This document shows, in pieces, positions 61,936 through 64,000 of a stretch of 64,000 nt of DNA. The translations under genes were made by a program, and so were the position numbers. The notes under the pieces were generated by a model. It was not told the origin of the DNA. It made no database searches and saw nothing but the letters and a program-made list of their open reading frames with translations. This stretch comes from Amphiscolops sp. MND2022. Taxonomy: Eukaryota. Where the stretch lies: NCBI GenBank assembly GCA_964187785.1, contig OZ076413.1, forward strand, positions 41,418,001 to 41,482,000. The letters are read 5' to 3'. Every line of letters starts with the position of its first letter. The first letter of the stretch is position 1.

Positions 61936-64000
61936 AAAACTCTGTCGGTGTTACGGTCACTTAACAATGTTCACTGAAAAATTGACTATGTCGTGAAATT
62001 CACAAAAGTTAGTCAAACTCGCCTTCTAGGCGTTCTAGCTACCTGCAATTTTGTATGCGAGCGTAAATTATGCCCACGTAACAGAAAAACACGGCGGTGA
62101 GGTGCCTGGATCAGTACTTGGTGATTCGGTGTGACTAAACCGTGATGTACCTGATGTCCCACTTTTTCGGGTCAAAATTCACAAAAATGTCAATTTCTCA
62201 ACTTTGGCTAGCCACTGGCTGCTCAAATTGCACAAATCGTTTTGATTTGGTACCACGTGCTCGAAATTATGCAAAAAGAGGTGCTGGGATACCTTGGGAA
62301 TATCACACGGGGCTCAACTAAAGTTCCGTTTTTTGGCAATTTTGTGCACATTTTCAGTGAAACTGCGGCAAAGATTTTTTCACGAGTATTGACAGTAGCG
62401 CCAGCAAAGTCACGCAACTAGCGTTACTTTTTGCGCTCTACACGATGGTGCAATCCGTTTTTAGGATCCTGTTAGGAAAGATTTCGACTTGTCAAAAAAA
62501 CGTGGTTGCCAAATACACGAAATGTCGCAAAAGTAGTGCGTTTTCGACTATTTCTCAGCAACCACTGCTCGTAATCACTCGCGGTTTTCTGCATTAGCAA
62601 CGTGACACTCTATGTTACCAGAAAACAGGCAAGTGAAACCAGGTAGGTTCCAAACAAGATCTCTCAAAAATTTTGCAGATTGCACTTTTTACACTATCGG
62701 AACAGTACTGAAAATGCGTATTTTCACCAAGAACTTGGTGTTCTTTGTTCTCAGGTGTTCCGAAAGGTTTTATCAGCAGTGTAAGAATGTGTAATAACTT
62801 TATTCAGGGGACTGGGGTGATTTCAATAATTAGTTCAGTTTCAATAACACTCAGGTCTATGGGGGTCCTTCGCTCAGTTCTATTTGTAACAAAAGAAAGG
62901 GACTGATATATGTTCAATTTATATGGGGGATAACTAGTAACCGTCTTGGTAGGAGTGTTTTGTACTAGCAAGCTCGACAATAAAGTTCTTGGGCTGCTCT
63001 AAGAGCTTGGGGAATAATGCCCAAGGTTTAGTCCTTGTCAAATTTGGTCAAAATGGCCAAACTTGACAATTTTTTTACACAAAAATTGCTAAATTTTTCT
63101 TGTTTTTCCCAAATTTAGCCCAACAAAAGGTTTTGCTCCTGACCTAGTAGGTCTGTTGGAACGTTTTTCCAGTATTCCCACTAGCCGTACTCAATTCTAC
63201 AAAACTTTGACTTTCAAAATTGGAAAAAATTCAGATTTGAGCTATAAATAGTGTTATTTTTGAGGTTTTCGCGCTCAAATTTTTCAACAACTGGTTTGAA
63301 CACCAACTGGGCATGTTTCCCAGTTAGTTTACGTGGGAAAAAGCTTGGGAATATGCTTTTTAAGCTACTAAATATGCAAAATAGCGATGTAACCCTGTTG
63401 ACGTCGGGTAGGGGCAACCAAACGGAGGAAGGAGGTCTGGTCGTGAAGGACGTCGTCCCGTCACCACAGCTGGTAGAAACGTTCACACTGCGTCCTCGCG
63501 GTCCCGATGCATTGCTAAGATACTTAAATGAAGCTACAGAACCCTTTAATACTAGTTCCGGATGAGCCGGATTGACTTTTTTCGACAGGTATAGTAAAGG
63601 CAAAAGGAGTACACTGTTTGAAACCGTCTATTTCTCGTTCCAGACCTCCGAAACATGCCAGGCACGCGGGAATTCCGTTAGAAGAAAAACTAGTAGGCTC
63701 GAAAAAAGCAATAAAAATAAACTAGAACTCTCCCGTAAGTTTTCCTAGATCTGGACCCTCGCGGCCGGAAAGCAGGAGTTGCTCCTACTGGGACGTGAAA
63801 ATGGAAATATATCCCTCTGTGGTCGCCATAAAAACTATTCCAGATGTAACGTCCGGCTAGCGGCGCACAACTAGGAAGAGGGAAAATGCCTAGGGTGCTT
63901 AAACAGGAGACCATTGTCTTGCTACATCCTTAGACACTAGCTTTTATTCCCAAAATGGTCTCCTAGGGGGACTTTTCTTGCGTCTAAGGAGGCTCCTCTA

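Larger units (their letters stand above)
59792..64000 (-). mobile_element. Second LTR element: 3' LTR at ~59792-60322, internal region running off the window end
   Basis: Minus strand reads GGACGACAAACTACGGCCCGGGGAAGA|TGTAACG at 60322, like the junction at 28374. Candidate far end GGGGGGTTACG at 59792 with AATAAA ~75 nt before it. The partner LTR is not in the window. Confidence 0.6.

Overview
AT-rich, repeat-dense eukaryotic (most likely invertebrate animal) DNA. I see no prokaryotic operons, rRNA, tRNA or CRISPR array. The only credible host coding sequence is one 181-bp minus-strand exon (19736-19916) of a Cys-loop ligand-gated ion channel (nAChR-like); no other exon of this gene was found, so most of the window is probably intron or intergenic DNA. 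The rest is layered mobile DNA: (1) a young 8.8-kb LTR element (20340-29155) with no recognisable gag/pol but one intact ORF carrying three AT-hook-like RRGRPP motifs, flanked by an exact 194-bp duplication instead of a short TSD and missing the first 6 nt of its 5' LTR; (2) a related solo LTR and a second LTR element running off the right end; (3) several non-autonomous DNA-transposon families with CCC...GGG ends and 2-bp TSDs; (4) foldback-type and DINE-1/Helentron-like elements; (5) decayed CR1-like LINE and Gypsy pol remnants; (6) several long palindromes. All family assignments come from motifs read by eye; no database search was run.
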